A DNA stretch of 64,000 nt from Candidatus Pacebacteria bacterium CG2_30_36_39 (GCA_001873435.1 MNZB01000001.1:15573-79572), one strand, 5' to 3'. Positions 39,039 through 48,942 are shown, counted from the stretch's first letter. Translations and numbers: made by a program. Notes: generated from the letters alone by a model not told the origin.

Positions 39039-39443
39039 ATGCTACAAACTAACTACTTCTCGTTCTTTGCCACAGTCTTAACCCTAGTTGCCACCTTCAT
39101 GGCGACTGCTTTGTTGGGAAAAAAGATTGGGCATGCTGTCGGTTCAACCATTGTAGTGGCGGCTCTGTCGTTATCTCTTTGGTTGTTATTTCCCGGCAGT
39201 TATTTGGCTCCGGCGCTTGCGCTGGGGCTTTTGGCTTGGGCGGCAGTAATTTCGCTCGAAAAGCCTCAACCAACAGCGGGCTTTTTTCTCATGTTGGGAC
39301 AGGTGCCTTTCATCGGTTTGGTGATTTTTTCCTCATATCCCAGTGCTTTAAGTGCTGGATTGATGACGGCTATCATCATTGATAGTTTGTTGTCATTTCT
39401 TGCCTTCGTTTTGTTTCTATTGAAGGCTAGAGAGTGGAGGTAA
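39039..39443 (+). CDS. Multi-pass membrane protein (paralogue B)
   Basis: SD AAAGGA; LAPALALG and LMLGQVPF align with LGPAVGIG and LMLGQIPF of paralogue A. Confidence 0.8.
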   Translation: MLQTNYFSFFATVLTLVATFMATALLGKKIGHAVGSTIVVAALSLSLWLLFPGSYLAPALALGLLAWAAVISLEKPQPTAGFFLMLGQVPFIGLVIFSSYPSALSAGLMTAIIIDSLLSFLAFVLFLLKAREWR

Positions 39444-39520
39444 TCGAATTGGCGACCAGGGTTAATGAATATTAATCAACAAACACTGTTGGTGAAATGT
39501 TTAGTAGCTCAGAAAAAAAG

Positions 39521-39551
39521 AACCCCGTATCTGTGAAGGTACGGGGTTTTT
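39521..39551. terminator. Bidirectional terminator closing cassette 4
   Basis: AACCCCGTATCT-GTGA-AGGTACGGGGTT with T tracts on both strands. Confidence 0.88.
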
Positions 39552-39571
39552 CGTTTTAATTGTTTATAAAT

Positions 39572-39727
39572 TTATTTACCACCGCCAACAGCGGAAGTAA
39601 TCATTTCTTTAATGAAATTTAATAGTGCTTTAAAAATATCAACCAAAACACGCACTACGATTGTTGTGGTGTGCTCTAAACCTTGAGCAAATATTTTATT
39701 GCGTTGCAAACGATTTGATTCAGACAT
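39572..39727 (-). CDS. 51-aa hypothetical protein MSESNRLQRNKIFAQGLEHTTTIVVRVLVDIFKALLNFIKEMITSAVGGGK
   Basis: ATG 2 nt after the coaD-coaE stop; ends just before the terminator; amphipathic helix; not in the ORF track. Confidence 0.6.
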   Translation of the reverse strand: MSESNRLQRNKIFAQGLEHTTTIVVRVLVDIFKALLNFIKEMITSAVGGGK

Positions 39728-39729
39728 AA

Positions 39730-40845
39730 CTAAAGTATCGCAGAAAATATTTTTTTAGCAAAGGAAGAAATTTCCGTGTTTTCATCAACTAGCCACAGTT
39801 TACCAAAATTATTTTCAGCAATCTTATTTTTAATTATTTTTTCTTTTTCTTTATTTGTTAATTGAGATTTTAATCTTCTCTCAATTTGTTGAGGACTTAG
39901 TTTTCTATTTTCTAGATATTTTTTTTGTTGACTAGGTTTAACACTGGCTAATATTACTCTATTGTTACAGACACTTAATAAATTTGCCTCAGCTAGTAAG
40001 GCACTATTGATTAAAATTAACCCTTTTTTATTTTTTAATTCTTTGCGTAAACGAACTAAAACCGGTTTCCACATTAAATTATTCAAGATATTTAATTGTG
40101 TTAAGTCTTTGAATACGATTTCTCCCAAAACTTTTCTATTTATTTTGCCGTCTTTTTTAAGAATTTTTTTGCCAAATTGCTCGACTATTTTTTTTCTTAA
40201 ACTCACATATATTGGTTCAATAAGATCATCTTGGATTTGATGAGCTAGCTGATCTAGCTCTATGTTATGGACTTCTACTTTTTTAGTATTTCCAATTTCT
40301 ATTAATTGATTGGCAAGATGGCTTTTTCCAGTAGCTACTTCTCCAGTAATGCCAATAATTATTTGTTCAGAGAGCTTTTTTTCTAGCGCAATCTTAACTC
40401 CAAGTGGGACATAGTTTTGGGTAGCTCCATGTTCTTTTTGTAATGCTTTTACTGTGCTTGAGCTAACATGAGCTAAGTTTGGCTTGGCAAATAATAATAT
40501 TGTTTCAATGCCTTGATTCTGTGAAAGACCCACGTGGCTAAGGGTTTGTTCGTATCTAAAGTCTTCAGGATTTCTTACGCCTTTTACAATAACATCTACT
40601 TCTTGTTCGTAAGCAAAATCTACTAAGAGTCCACTAAAGCTTTTTACTATAACTTTAGGTAAACTCTCTAGAGCTCCTTTGGCAAGAGTCTCTCTTTCAA
40701 TTGGAGAAAAAGTGTATTTTTTTTCAGGATTAGTGCCTATCGCAACTATGACCTTATCGAAAATATGACAAGCTCTTTTGATAATATCAATATGACCATA
40801 GGTAATAGGATCACCTGAAAAAGCGTAAATAGCTTTACTAGACAT
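39730..40845 (-). CDS. coaD: Fused pantetheine-phosphate adenylyltransferase / dephospho-CoA kinase (CoaD-CoaE)
   Basis: N-terminal DPITYGH, KGVR, VSSSTVK (CoaD); C-terminal GITGEVATGKS, INRKVLGEIVF, RRLKSQ (CoaE). Confidence 0.9.
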   Translation of the reverse strand: MSSKAIYAFSGDPITYGHIDIIKRACHIFDKVIVAIGTNPEKKYTFSPIERETLAKGALESLPKVIVKSFSGLLVDFAYEQEVDVIVKGVRNPEDFRYEQTLSHVGLSQNQGIETILLFAKPNLAHVSSSTVKALQKEHGATQNYVPLGVKIALEKKLSEQIIIGITGEVATGKSHLANQLIEIGNTKKVEVHNIELDQLAHQIQDDLIEPIYVSLRKKIVEQFGKKILKKDGKINRKVLGEIVFKDLTQLNILNNLMWKPVLVRLRKELKNKKGLILINSALLAEANLLSVCNNRVILASVKPSQQKKYLENRKLSPQQIERRLKSQLTNKEKEKIIKNKIAENNFGKLWLVDENTEISSFAKKIFSAIL

Positions 40846-40862
40846 AGTCGGTATTATACAGA

Positions 40863-41879
40863 CTAGTTTTCTTTATGAGATCGCCATAAGGAATAGCTAG
40901 CACGAATAGTGATATAGATTGGAATTGCAATTAAACCACCCACTACGCCACCCAATTGAAAGCCGGTTAAAACACATAGCATCGAGATTAAAGGATTAAC
41001 CTTTGCATTGGCGCTCATAATTTTAGGGACAATAAAGTTATTTTCTAATTGTTGAATTATTATGTACATTAAAGTTGTCGCACCAGCCATTGGAATACCA
41101 AAGGTTAAATAGGCAATTAATATTCCTGGTACTGCAGAGATAAATGGTCCAAGGTTTGGTAATATTTCTAAGAAACCAGCTAATATTGCTAGTGGTAAAG
41201 CAAAAGGAACTCTAAGCATCATTAAGCCAAAGTATGTGGTTATTGCAATAATAATCATTAAGATTATTTGTCCTCTTACCCACCCACCCAATTGTTTTTC
41301 TAGGCTGTTGATAAAGTTTTTCGCTAATTCCAACTGTTTTTCTTCATTAGTAAACCAAGCAACTTTTTTGTGTAAGTGATGTCTATCAATTAGTAAGTAA
41401 AAAGACATGATTAATAGGGTCAGGAAGGTGAAGATGCCGGCAAAGGTGCCAGTGATTGCACTTACCAAGAAATTTACTGAGGAACTAAATTGGTTGGCTA
41501 AGCTACCGATTTGGGAGAAAGAAAACTCCATTCTAGAGAATATTTCCTGAAGATAGGGAAGATTTATGGTTTTTAAAAAGCGGATTATTTCAGAAACCAA
41601 TGGTGGCAAAACTAGTGCTGTAGAAGAAACAATAAGAATAATGAGCAAGATATATACAAAGATCATGCTAAGAACTCTTGGTAGACGTAGTTTTTTTTCA
41701 AATCTTGTAACAGCTGGGTTGAGAGCAACCATTAGGATAAACGATAGAAAAAGCAAAATGATTATATTTCCAGTTAAAGAAATAAATTTGATTATTCCAA
41801 GCATTGCAGCAGTAAAAATAACGATTGAAGGAGAGATTATTATTTGGGTTTTGTTTTTAGAGGAAAATAAATCAGACAT
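40863..41879 (-). CDS. AI-2E family transporter
   Basis: WVRGQ, LEILPNLGP, QQLENNFIVPKIM, GGLIAIP. Confidence 0.92.
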   Translation of the reverse strand: MSDLFSSKNKTQIIISPSIVIFTAAMLGIIKFISLTGNIIILLFLSFILMVALNPAVTRFEKKLRLPRVLSMIFVYILLIILIVSSTALVLPPLVSEIIRFLKTINLPYLQEIFSRMEFSFSQIGSLANQFSSSVNFLVSAITGTFAGIFTFLTLLIMSFYLLIDRHHLHKKVAWFTNEEKQLELAKNFINSLEKQLGGWVRGQIILMIIIAITTYFGLMMLRVPFALPLAILAGFLEILPNLGPFISAVPGILIAYLTFGIPMAGATTLMYIIIQQLENNFIVPKIMSANAKVNPLISMLCVLTGFQLGGVVGGLIAIPIYITIRASYSLWRSHKEN

Positions 41880-41930
41880 ATTGAGAATAGTATAGAGGAT
41901 TTTATCTGATATTGTGAAGAGGTAAGCTTG

Positions 41931-42476
41931 TTACATCTCTCTAATCAAACTTCTTACGAACTCTGATTTAGATAAACCTTTTTCTTGAGCAAGCTTTTGT
42001 AATTTTAAATCAAGTGACTCTGAAATTAATACATTAAATTTTTTAATTTTTTCAATAGGAGCCATTTTAACGGCTTTGGGTAGATTTTTTTCTAATTCAA
42101 AGATTTTTTTATAAGGCAAATAAATAAAGTTTTGATTATTTTCTAAAAAAACAGGAATACTAGAACAAACATCTATTCTAGAAACTGCAATAATTGGTTT
42201 TTTGAGTTGCAAAGCCTCATGAATTAAATATCCAACACTAATATTCTCAAAAGTAATTTCAGCAACTATTAGATCGGCTTCATTAATTTTTTGAAAATAT
42301 TTTTTATGAAAATCTATATTTTTATCAATAGATCGTTGAAGAGAATCAATATCTTCTTTTAATATATGCTCATACAAAACTTGATGACCTAAATCTTTGA
42401 GAATTCTAACAATCGACAAATAATAAAACTTCTGTTGTTCTTTATCTTTAATTGAAGCAACAAAAGTTATTTTCAT
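41931..42476 (-). CDS. Nucleoside 2-deoxyribosyltransferase-like domain fused to a C-terminal ribbon-helix-helix domain
   Basis: ADLIVAEIT..NISVGY.I..AL..KKP; C-terminal FNVLI...L..LAQEKGLSKSEFVRSLI. Confidence 0.65.
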   Translation of the reverse strand: MKITFVASIKDKEQQKFYYLSIVRILKDLGHQVLYEHILKEDIDSLQRSIDKNIDFHKKYFQKINEADLIVAEITFENISVGYLIHEALQLKKPIIAVSRIDVCSSIPVFLENNQNFIYLPYKKIFELEKNLPKAVKMAPIEKIKKFNVLISESLDLKLQKLAQEKGLSKSEFVRSLIREM

Positions 42477-42487
42477 TTCTCAATCCT

Positions 42488-45400
42488 TTAGCGCCACTTA
42501 TCTCTTAATTCACCCACTACTGTTTCAATTAATTTTGCTAAATCTTTTGTATCTTCATCAGTTAAAAAGAAACTACGAGTAACAATTTTTTCTTTTTCAT
42601 TTGGTTCGACAAATTCAAACTCACCACTAATAACTTCATAAGGAAAAGTTTTATCTAATTGAGTTAATAATTTATAAAATAATAACTGTCTCTTATATGG
42701 ACCACGAATATTTTCAGGCAAACTTCTCTCTCTTTCTGAAAGATTTGCAGAGGCAGTTGCTCCTTCTATTTCATTGTTACTTCTGTTTTTACCAGTTTTA
42801 TAATCAATAACTTTCACTTGCTTCTTTTCAATCTCCAACCAATCGATTCTGTCGATTCTTCCAGTAAGAGCAATATCTCCCAACATCACTTTTTGTTTGC
42901 CACCACCAAAAAATCTTTCAATATAAAGAGGATTAAATTTTTTATTAACCAAATCATTAAAATAACCAGTGAGAACCTTATTGCCATATTTAAGTCTTTG
43001 TAAATGCTCTTTTTCTGTTAAAACCTCTTGGCTTAAAGCTAGTTCAAAATGTTTTTCGGCCTCAGCTAAAGTTGGCAACTCATTAGTTTGTTGATAAGTT
43101 TTATATATAAATTCCATTGCACTATGCATGGCTGTTCCAAAGGCTAAAATCGGGGTTTTAGCTCTTGGTACACGCAATAAAGTGTTATGTAAAAATTCTT
43201 CTGGATCTCTTAAATAAGTATTTAGAGCAGTGACAGACCAGCGGAAATTATCTAATAACCAACGTAAATATATTTTTTCTCCATCATTAGTGGTGACTAG
43301 TTCTTTTGAGGTATTTGGTTGCAAAAGTTTTAATAAATGAGCGGGTGCATTTGCTTCAATTTCATTGTCAATAATTTTTTCCCATGACTCAGCTTCACGA
43401 TCATTTTCTTCAATTTCAGTTAAGAACATACTAGGAATTACATCTTTACTGTTTCCCTCACTCACAATAGTCTCTGGGTGGGAAATGATGACGAGTTTTT
43501 TGGCACGAGTCAGGGCAACATAAAATAATCTTCGTTCGTCTTCGTTTCTTTCTTTTCCTGATAAATCTGTATTTTGCAAGATTTCAATAGGCAGCTTAAT
43601 CAAATCTTTACTACGATTATTTCCCCATTTTTTATCAACACATTGATAAAGAAAAACAAAGTTCCACTCACGTCCTTTTGCTTTGTGAACAGTTGAAAGG
43701 TGAACTGCTTGTCTTCTGACATTGAGGTCTTCAATATTAATTTTTAAATCATGTTCTGAAATTAAATCTAAAGCTCTTAGCAGGTCTTTTAATTTGAAGT
43801 GGTGGTTATGACTAACCATTTTTTTAATTTCACCAAAAACAGAATTTAATACGGTGACTAAAAATATTTTTCCTTCTTGGTCTAACAACCAAGGTAAAAA
43901 CCCAGATTCTTTAATAACAGCTTCAAACCAATCGGGAAAAGTTTTATTTGCATCAGCAATATCCCATTCCTGAAGTTTGGCAAAGTAATTCTTTATTGGA
44001 GATAAATCTAATGGAGTAATTTCATAGCCAGGATTATGGGCGTTTATTACTGTTTCCCCCTGCTCAACCAAATCAATAATTGGGGTTTTGGCTTTACCAG
44101 CAGCTCTTGCTACTTTGAGTACCACGCTATTTTCCCAACCAAAGATTTTTTTCAACCACTCATATTGCAGTGTTTCATAGAGCAACTCAGTTTCTTCTCC
44201 GCTGCGTATTAATGAAATAACTTGAAAAAGAGTAATTAATTGACGGATAGATTCTTCTTTTAAAGCATCTCCCCCACCCTCTACTTCATATGGAATATCC
44301 CAAGTATCTAGTATTTCAGCTATCTCTGTTCTATCTGCATTTTTTCGATAGAGAATTGAAATTTCGTGAGCAGGAACACCACTAGCCAAAAGTTCTTTAA
44401 TTTTTTCTGCTATTTGGACAGCTTCTAAAATCTGTGATGAAGTGGTGGTAAGAGTGATTTTCTCTCCCTTGCCACGTGGGCTCTCAAGCCTATTGGTTAG
44501 AGAAAAATTTTGATTTTTATTACTATCATTTTTTGGTAAAGAAAAATCTAATTGATTCAATGAAATTAAATCTGCGGCCGTATTGTAAATTGTTTGTGGA
44601 CAGCGGTAGCCAGTGGTCAATGTAATGACAGTAGCATTTGGATATTGGTGTAAGAAACCAAGCATGTTTTCAACTGAGGCTCCTTGAAAACGGTAAATAG
44701 CTTGATTGGGATCTCCTACTACAAAAATATTGGCATTTTCAGCCCAATAACTAGCCAGTAGGCTCACAACTGTGTTTTGAGCACTATTGGTATCTTGGTA
44801 TTCATCAACTAGAAAATAGTGGAGATTCTCTTGATATTCTCTAAGCAAAGTTTCGTCTTTTTGCAAAGCCTCCACAACCAAAGCAATCATATCATCAAAG
44901 TCATATCGCTTTGCTTCGCGCAAACGTTGTTGATAAATTTTATAAACTTCACAAAGCTCAGTGTTTTTTTCTAATTGCTTAAGGTCTTTTTCCCATTCTG
45001 TTCTAGTTAGTTCCCCCGGTTGTTTTTTAATTCTTTTTCCAGGTTCTGATTTTGCTGGTTCACTGGCAACTAGTCTTTCTCTCCAGTCTTTAATTAATTT
45101 TTCATAGTTATCTGGTTGAATGCCTTCTCTTTTTAAATTAGAAATACCTTTAATTGCATCCTTAAGATAGAAAAAAGGAGTGTTGAGGGGTTTAATATTT
45201 TCTAAAACTAAGTTATTAAAAATATCTTCAAACAATTCAAAACGTTCCAAGTCTGATAAGGGAGCACTATCTCTTTCAATCGGAAATGCTTCTGGATGGT
45301 TATCAATGATTTCTTTGCAAAAAGAATGAAAAGTGGCTATTTGTACATAATAACCAGTTTTGCCAATCATTTTTACCAATCTCTCGCGCATGTTTTTTGC

Positions 45401-45610
45401 AGCGCTTTCAGTAAAGGTGAGAGCTAAAATGCTGTTTGGATTGGTATCGGTTTTTTGTAGTATTTGGGCAATGCGCGCTGTAAGGACTTGTGTTTTACCA
45501 GTTCCAGGTCCAGCCACAACCATAACTGGTCCTTCAATGGTATCGACAGCTTGTTTTTGTGCTGTGTTTAGGGAGTTATATATCTTGAGAAAATTCAAAT
45601 CTTGAGACAT
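42488..45610 (-). CDS. UvrD/PcrA-family helicase with C-terminal PD-(D/E)XK nuclease domain
   Basis: AGPGTGKT, VDEYQD, GDPNQAIYRFQGA, STVHKAKGRE, EDERRLFYVALTRA; GRIDRID...DYKTG. Confidence 0.93.
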   Translation of the reverse strand: MSQDLNFLKIYNSLNTAQKQAVDTIEGPVMVVAGPGTGKTQVLTARIAQILQKTDTNPNSILALTFTESAAKNMRERLVKMIGKTGYYVQIATFHSFCKEIIDNHPEAFPIERDSAPLSDLERFELFEDIFNNLVLENIKPLNTPFFYLKDAIKGISNLKREGIQPDNYEKLIKDWRERLVASEPAKSEPGKRIKKQPGELTRTEWEKDLKQLEKNTELCEVYKIYQQRLREAKRYDFDDMIALVVEALQKDETLLREYQENLHYFLVDEYQDTNSAQNTVVSLLASYWAENANIFVVGDPNQAIYRFQGASVENMLGFLHQYPNATVITLTTGYRCPQTIYNTAADLISLNQLDFSLPKNDSNKNQNFSLTNRLESPRGKGEKITLTTTSSQILEAVQIAEKIKELLASGVPAHEISILYRKNADRTEIAEILDTWDIPYEVEGGGDALKEESIRQLITLFQVISLIRSGEETELLYETLQYEWLKKIFGWENSVVLKVARAAGKAKTPIIDLVEQGETVINAHNPGYEITPLDLSPIKNYFAKLQEWDIADANKTFPDWFEAVIKESGFLPWLLDQEGKIFLVTVLNSVFGEIKKMVSHNHHFKLKDLLRALDLISEHDLKINIEDLNVRRQAVHLSTVHKAKGREWNFVFLYQCVDKKWGNNRSKDLIKLPIEILQNTDLSGKERNEDERRLFYVALTRAKKLVIISHPETIVSEGNSKDVIPSMFLTEIEENDREAESWEKIIDNEIEANAPAHLLKLLQPNTSKELVTTNDGEKIYLRWLLDNFRWSVTALNTYLRDPEEFLHNTLLRVPRAKTPILAFGTAMHSAMEFIYKTYQQTNELPTLAEAEKHFELALSQEVLTEKEHLQRLKYGNKVLTGYFNDLVNKKFNPLYIERFFGGGKQKVMLGDIALTGRIDRIDWLEIEKKQVKVIDYKTGKNRSNNEIEGATASANLSERERSLPENIRGPYKRQLLFYKLLTQLDKTFPYEVISGEFEFVEPNEKEKIVTRSFFLTDEDTKDLAKLIETVVGELRDKWR

Positions 45611-45668
45611 AAGAATCTCATTATATCTTATTTATTTTTTCTCTGAGCCCATACCCAAGTAATTTAAT

Positions 45669-46151
45669 TTATTGGGTTGATTTTTTGCTTTTTCTGGTTT
45701 TTTTAAGTGGGAAGTTCCAACCAGTTTTTTCTGCAGTTTGGGTATTACGAGCTACTATGGCATGCATGGCTCGATCATATTTTTCATTCCAATATGGCTG
45801 GCGTTGATTGAGTTTTGTGGTGCGCAAAGTAATGGCTTTCTTTAAGGCTCCTGGCTCATTACTTGTAGTAGCCATGGCAATATCTGGATAGATTCCTTGA
45901 GATCCAGTTAGAGCATTTTGACAAATTGTTATGCCGTTGGCAGCGAAGTCTGGGTTTATGCCAAATTTTTTTGCATATTTTGGAGGAATAATTTGATGAA
46001 TTAATAGGCCACCACCACATTCATGTTCTCCAGGAAATTGGCAACTATTATTATCTCTTTCTTTGATTGAGGTTTTTTGTTTTTCTGAAAAAGCAGCTAG
46101 ACTTACAAAAAATGAAACAGCGAGGATGCCCCATGGAATTAATTTATTCAA
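45669..46151 (-). CDS. Degenerate HNH-like protein with N-terminal hydrophobic segment (start uncertain)
   Basis: IKERDNNSCQFPG...C...IHQII...NGITIC resembles the HNH fold. Confidence 0.55.
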   Translation of the reverse strand: MNKLIPWGILAVSFFVSLAAFSEKQKTSIKERDNNSCQFPGEHECGGGLLIHQIIPPKYAKKFGINPDFAANGITICQNALTGSQGIYPDIAMATTSNEPGALKKAITLRTTKLNQRQPYWNEKYDRAMHAIVARNTQTAEKTGWNFPLKKTRKSKKSTQ

Positions 46152-46205
46152 TGGATTTTCTAAGTTGTTTTTTTGAGTTCTCTGGGTTCTTTGCCATTGG
46201 CGATA

Positions 46206-47294
46206 TTATACACCTATTAATTGGTGTTTAAGCAAAATTTGCTTGACTTGTTCGCTATTTTCAGTTCTAACTAATTCAGAGCGGATATCGCTAGCATTGG
46301 GGAAACTTTTAATATACCAAGCTAGGTGTTTGCGCATTGCTAGAAAACGATAGGTTTCGTCATGATGGAAGGCTTGTTCGTGAAGCTGGCTATGTTCTAG
46401 GGCAATTGCTGCACGATTATAAATAGTGTCTAGTTTCTCTCTTTCATCTTCTGGCAGAAAAACCCAAGGATCGCCAAAGGTTGCTCTGCCTATTAATATT
46501 CCATCTACGCCATATTTTTTTGTAGTTTCAATAGCTTGCTCATAATTATGAATGTCTCCATTGCCTAAAATTAAAGTTTTATTTGAATTTTGATGAACGA
46601 CTTCTGCTGCTTTGGCAATTTCTTCCCAACTGGCTAAACCACTATATCCTTGTCTTAAGGTTCTGCCGTGTAGAGCAATAACAGCTGGTTCCATTTCTAG
46701 AATATTACTAATCCACGAATGGACTATGGCCATGTCATAGCCAATGCGAGTTTTAACACTGACCGGAACAATTCTTTCATGTTTTTGATATTCAACCGGT
46801 AGTTTTTGTTGTCTAGCTTCTATTTCAATATGTATGCGATTGGACAGGTTTGGACAGTCACGAACTGTTTGGCCATTTTGCCACTCTTCTACTCCTTGTT
46901 TTGTTGCTGCGATAATTTCTTGAGCTAGTTTGGGGGTTTTGATTAACCCAGCTCCAGCTCCACCTTGAGAAACACTTTTGGCTGGGCAACCCATGTTGAT
47001 ATCAATTCCATCAAAGCCTAGTTGGCATAGGGCTATTGCGGTTTGACGGAAAAAGTCAGGGGTAATGCCATAGATTTGGGCTATGATTGGTCGTTGAGTT
47101 TCATCGTAAAGAAAATCTGTGAGAGGTTTTTTTACTCCACGACAGAAGCCTTCTACGGTAGCGAATTCAGTATAGATTACGTCAGGATTACCATGTTTCT
47201 TGATGATTTGACGAAATGGTTGGTCAGTAACTCCATCCATTGGCGAAAGGCCGATGATGGGTTTGTTTAATTTTTGCCAAAAACTAAGTTCCAT
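46206..47294 (-). CDS. tRNA-dihydrouridine synthase (Dus family)
   Basis: SPMDGVTD, DINMGCP, SVKTRIG, HGRT, GNGDI, IGRA..GDPW. Confidence 0.93.
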   Translation of the reverse strand: MELSFWQKLNKPIIGLSPMDGVTDQPFRQIIKKHGNPDVIYTEFATVEGFCRGVKKPLTDFLYDETQRPIIAQIYGITPDFFRQTAIALCQLGFDGIDINMGCPAKSVSQGGAGAGLIKTPKLAQEIIAATKQGVEEWQNGQTVRDCPNLSNRIHIEIEARQQKLPVEYQKHERIVPVSVKTRIGYDMAIVHSWISNILEMEPAVIALHGRTLRQGYSGLASWEEIAKAAEVVHQNSNKTLILGNGDIHNYEQAIETTKKYGVDGILIGRATFGDPWVFLPEDEREKLDTIYNRAAIALEHSQLHEQAFHHDETYRFLAMRKHLAWYIKSFPNASDIRSELVRTENSEQVKQILLKHQLIGV

Positions 47295-47344
47295 ATCAGG
47301 TATTATACGGGATTATTGGTTTAAGATATAATTTGAAACGTATT

Positions 47345-47416
47345 GCGGGCGTAGTACAGTGGTAGTATGTCTGCTTCCCAAGCAGAAGATCGCGGGTTCG
47401 AACCCCGTCGCCCGCT
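47345..47416 (+). tRNA. tRNA-Gly(CCC)
   Basis: Cloverleaf GCGGGCG...CGCCCGC-T; anticodon loop TT-CCC-AA. Confidence 0.95.
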
Positions 47417-47419
47417 CAA

Positions 47420-47968
47420 TTAATTAGAAAATTTAATAACTTTTTTCGGTTTCATTCTAAGATTTGTTTTGCCATGCTCTCTTAGTTTATCAATAGCTTT
47501 GCTCCAAATGGCATCTCTTTGTGCTTCTGAACCAGAGAATTCAACAGGACAACTATTATCTATTAACATCAGTATTTGATTCATTGTTTTTAAAAACTTC
47601 AAAGTATCTGGTCTCAACCTTTCTTCTTTAGTAGCAACATTTGATTTGCCAGTCTTTAATAGCTCATCCCAAAAGGTAAAGTTAATTTCCAGAGACTCAA
47701 AACTATTGGTTTGTGGAGCATTTTTGAAAACAAAAAGAACAGCTCTCTCATAGCCCTTCAATATGTAAAGAGAACCATTTATTTCATAGCCACTATGTTG
47801 TCTTTTTTGATAAAGACAAAGATCTGGATTGTTTCTAATAAAATCAACAACTGGTTGACCAATTATCTCGATTAATTTTTTGTATTCCAATGGACTGCAA
47901 TATTCAAATACTCCAGCAATAATAGAAAACTCTCTTGGATTTTGGCTTAAAACATCTACTTCAATCAT
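47420..47968 (-). CDS. Hypothetical protein
   Basis: Open ORF with no recognisable motif; converges on tRNA-Gly. Confidence 0.6.
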   Translation of the reverse strand: MIEVDVLSQNPREFSIIAGVFEYCSPLEYKKLIEIIGQPVVDFIRNNPDLCLYQKRQHSGYEINGSLYILKGYERAVLFVFKNAPQTNSFESLEINFTFWDELLKTGKSNVATKEERLRPDTLKFLKTMNQILMLIDNSCPVEFSGSEAQRDAIWSKAIDKLREHGKTNLRMKPKKVIKFSN

Positions 47969-47981
47969 ATGAAGAATTTAA

Positions 47982-48284
47982 CTATTTGTTCTCTTTTTTA
48001 ATTGTATTCCAATGATAAAGATAAAGTGGTGCACCAACGATAATCAAAGATAAACTAGTACTAAGCTGTCTCTTTTTTTGATCAAGTTGCTCTACTTCAA
48101 AACGCTTTTTGCTTTCATCTTGAGAAATAGCAGGGATAGATTCCGGATAATAAGGATATTCACTGACTCTAAAAACATAAGTTTTTATTGTTAAATCTGC
48201 AATTTGAATACTACCAATCACAGTAATTAACAACCCAACAAAAGAAAATAAATAAAGATATAAAAGACGCAAGCTAAATTTCAT
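47982..48284 (-). CDS. Small two-TM protein (DUF5671-like pattern)
   Basis: LYLYLFSFVGL...IVGAPLYLYHW; purine-rich SD GGAGAGGA. Confidence 0.7.
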   Translation of the reverse strand: MKFSLRLLYLYLFSFVGLLITVIGSIQIADLTIKTYVFRVSEYPYYPESIPAISQDESKKRFEVEQLDQKKRQLSTSLSLIIVGAPLYLYHWNTIKKENK

Positions 48285-48426
48285 AAATAGTTTCCTCTCC
48301 TGATCTAACTATACTCTTGGGCAAATAAATGGACAAGCCGGTCGATAAAATAATATTATTTGTACGGCAGTGATACTAGGCTCAAATCATGCAATTATTA
48401 AGATTTGAATAAGGTACAATCAAACC

Positions 48427-48942
48427 ATGAAATACAGTTTGTGGCTAATTCCTCCAGAACCAATTTTTACCAAGTTACAACAAATTATCAATGATAAAAG
48501 CTTAGAAAATCATACTCCAAGTTTTGAACCTCACCTAACCTTACTTTCTAATATTGAAACTGATCTAAATGATTTAATAAATTCTTGTAATAATTTTTTT
48601 TCTTTGGAAAAGCCCATTAGCCTTAGCTTAAGTGAAGTATCATTTAGCACTACATATTTTCAGGCAGTGTTTGTTAGGGTTAAAGCAAATGCTCAATTAA
48701 TGAGTTTAAATCTCAAACTAAAAAAAGCTCTTGGACTAATTGAGAACGTATATATGCCACACATCAGTCTTTGCTATGACGACAGTTTTTCAATGGAAAA
48801 TAGAGAAAAAATGGTTAATGAAATAAATTTGACTTCAGATGAATTTATAGTTGGAGAAGTAGTAATTGTGCCTTCAGTTCCAAATCCAAATGATTGGCAT
48901 CATTTGGCAAAAATATCACTTGGAGAAAAACCTTTAAGCTAG
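48427..48942 (+). CDS. 2H phosphoesterase / cyclic phosphodiesterase (CPDase-like)
   Basis: Two HxT/S motifs, FEPHLTL and YMPHISL; YSLWL.P N-terminus. Confidence 0.85.
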   Translation: MKYSLWLIPPEPIFTKLQQIINDKSLENHTPSFEPHLTLLSNIETDLNDLINSCNNFFSLEKPISLSLSEVSFSTTYFQAVFVRVKANAQLMSLNLKLKKALGLIENVYMPHISLCYDDSFSMENREKMVNEINLTSDEFIVGEVVIVPSVPNPNDWHHLAKISLGEKPLS

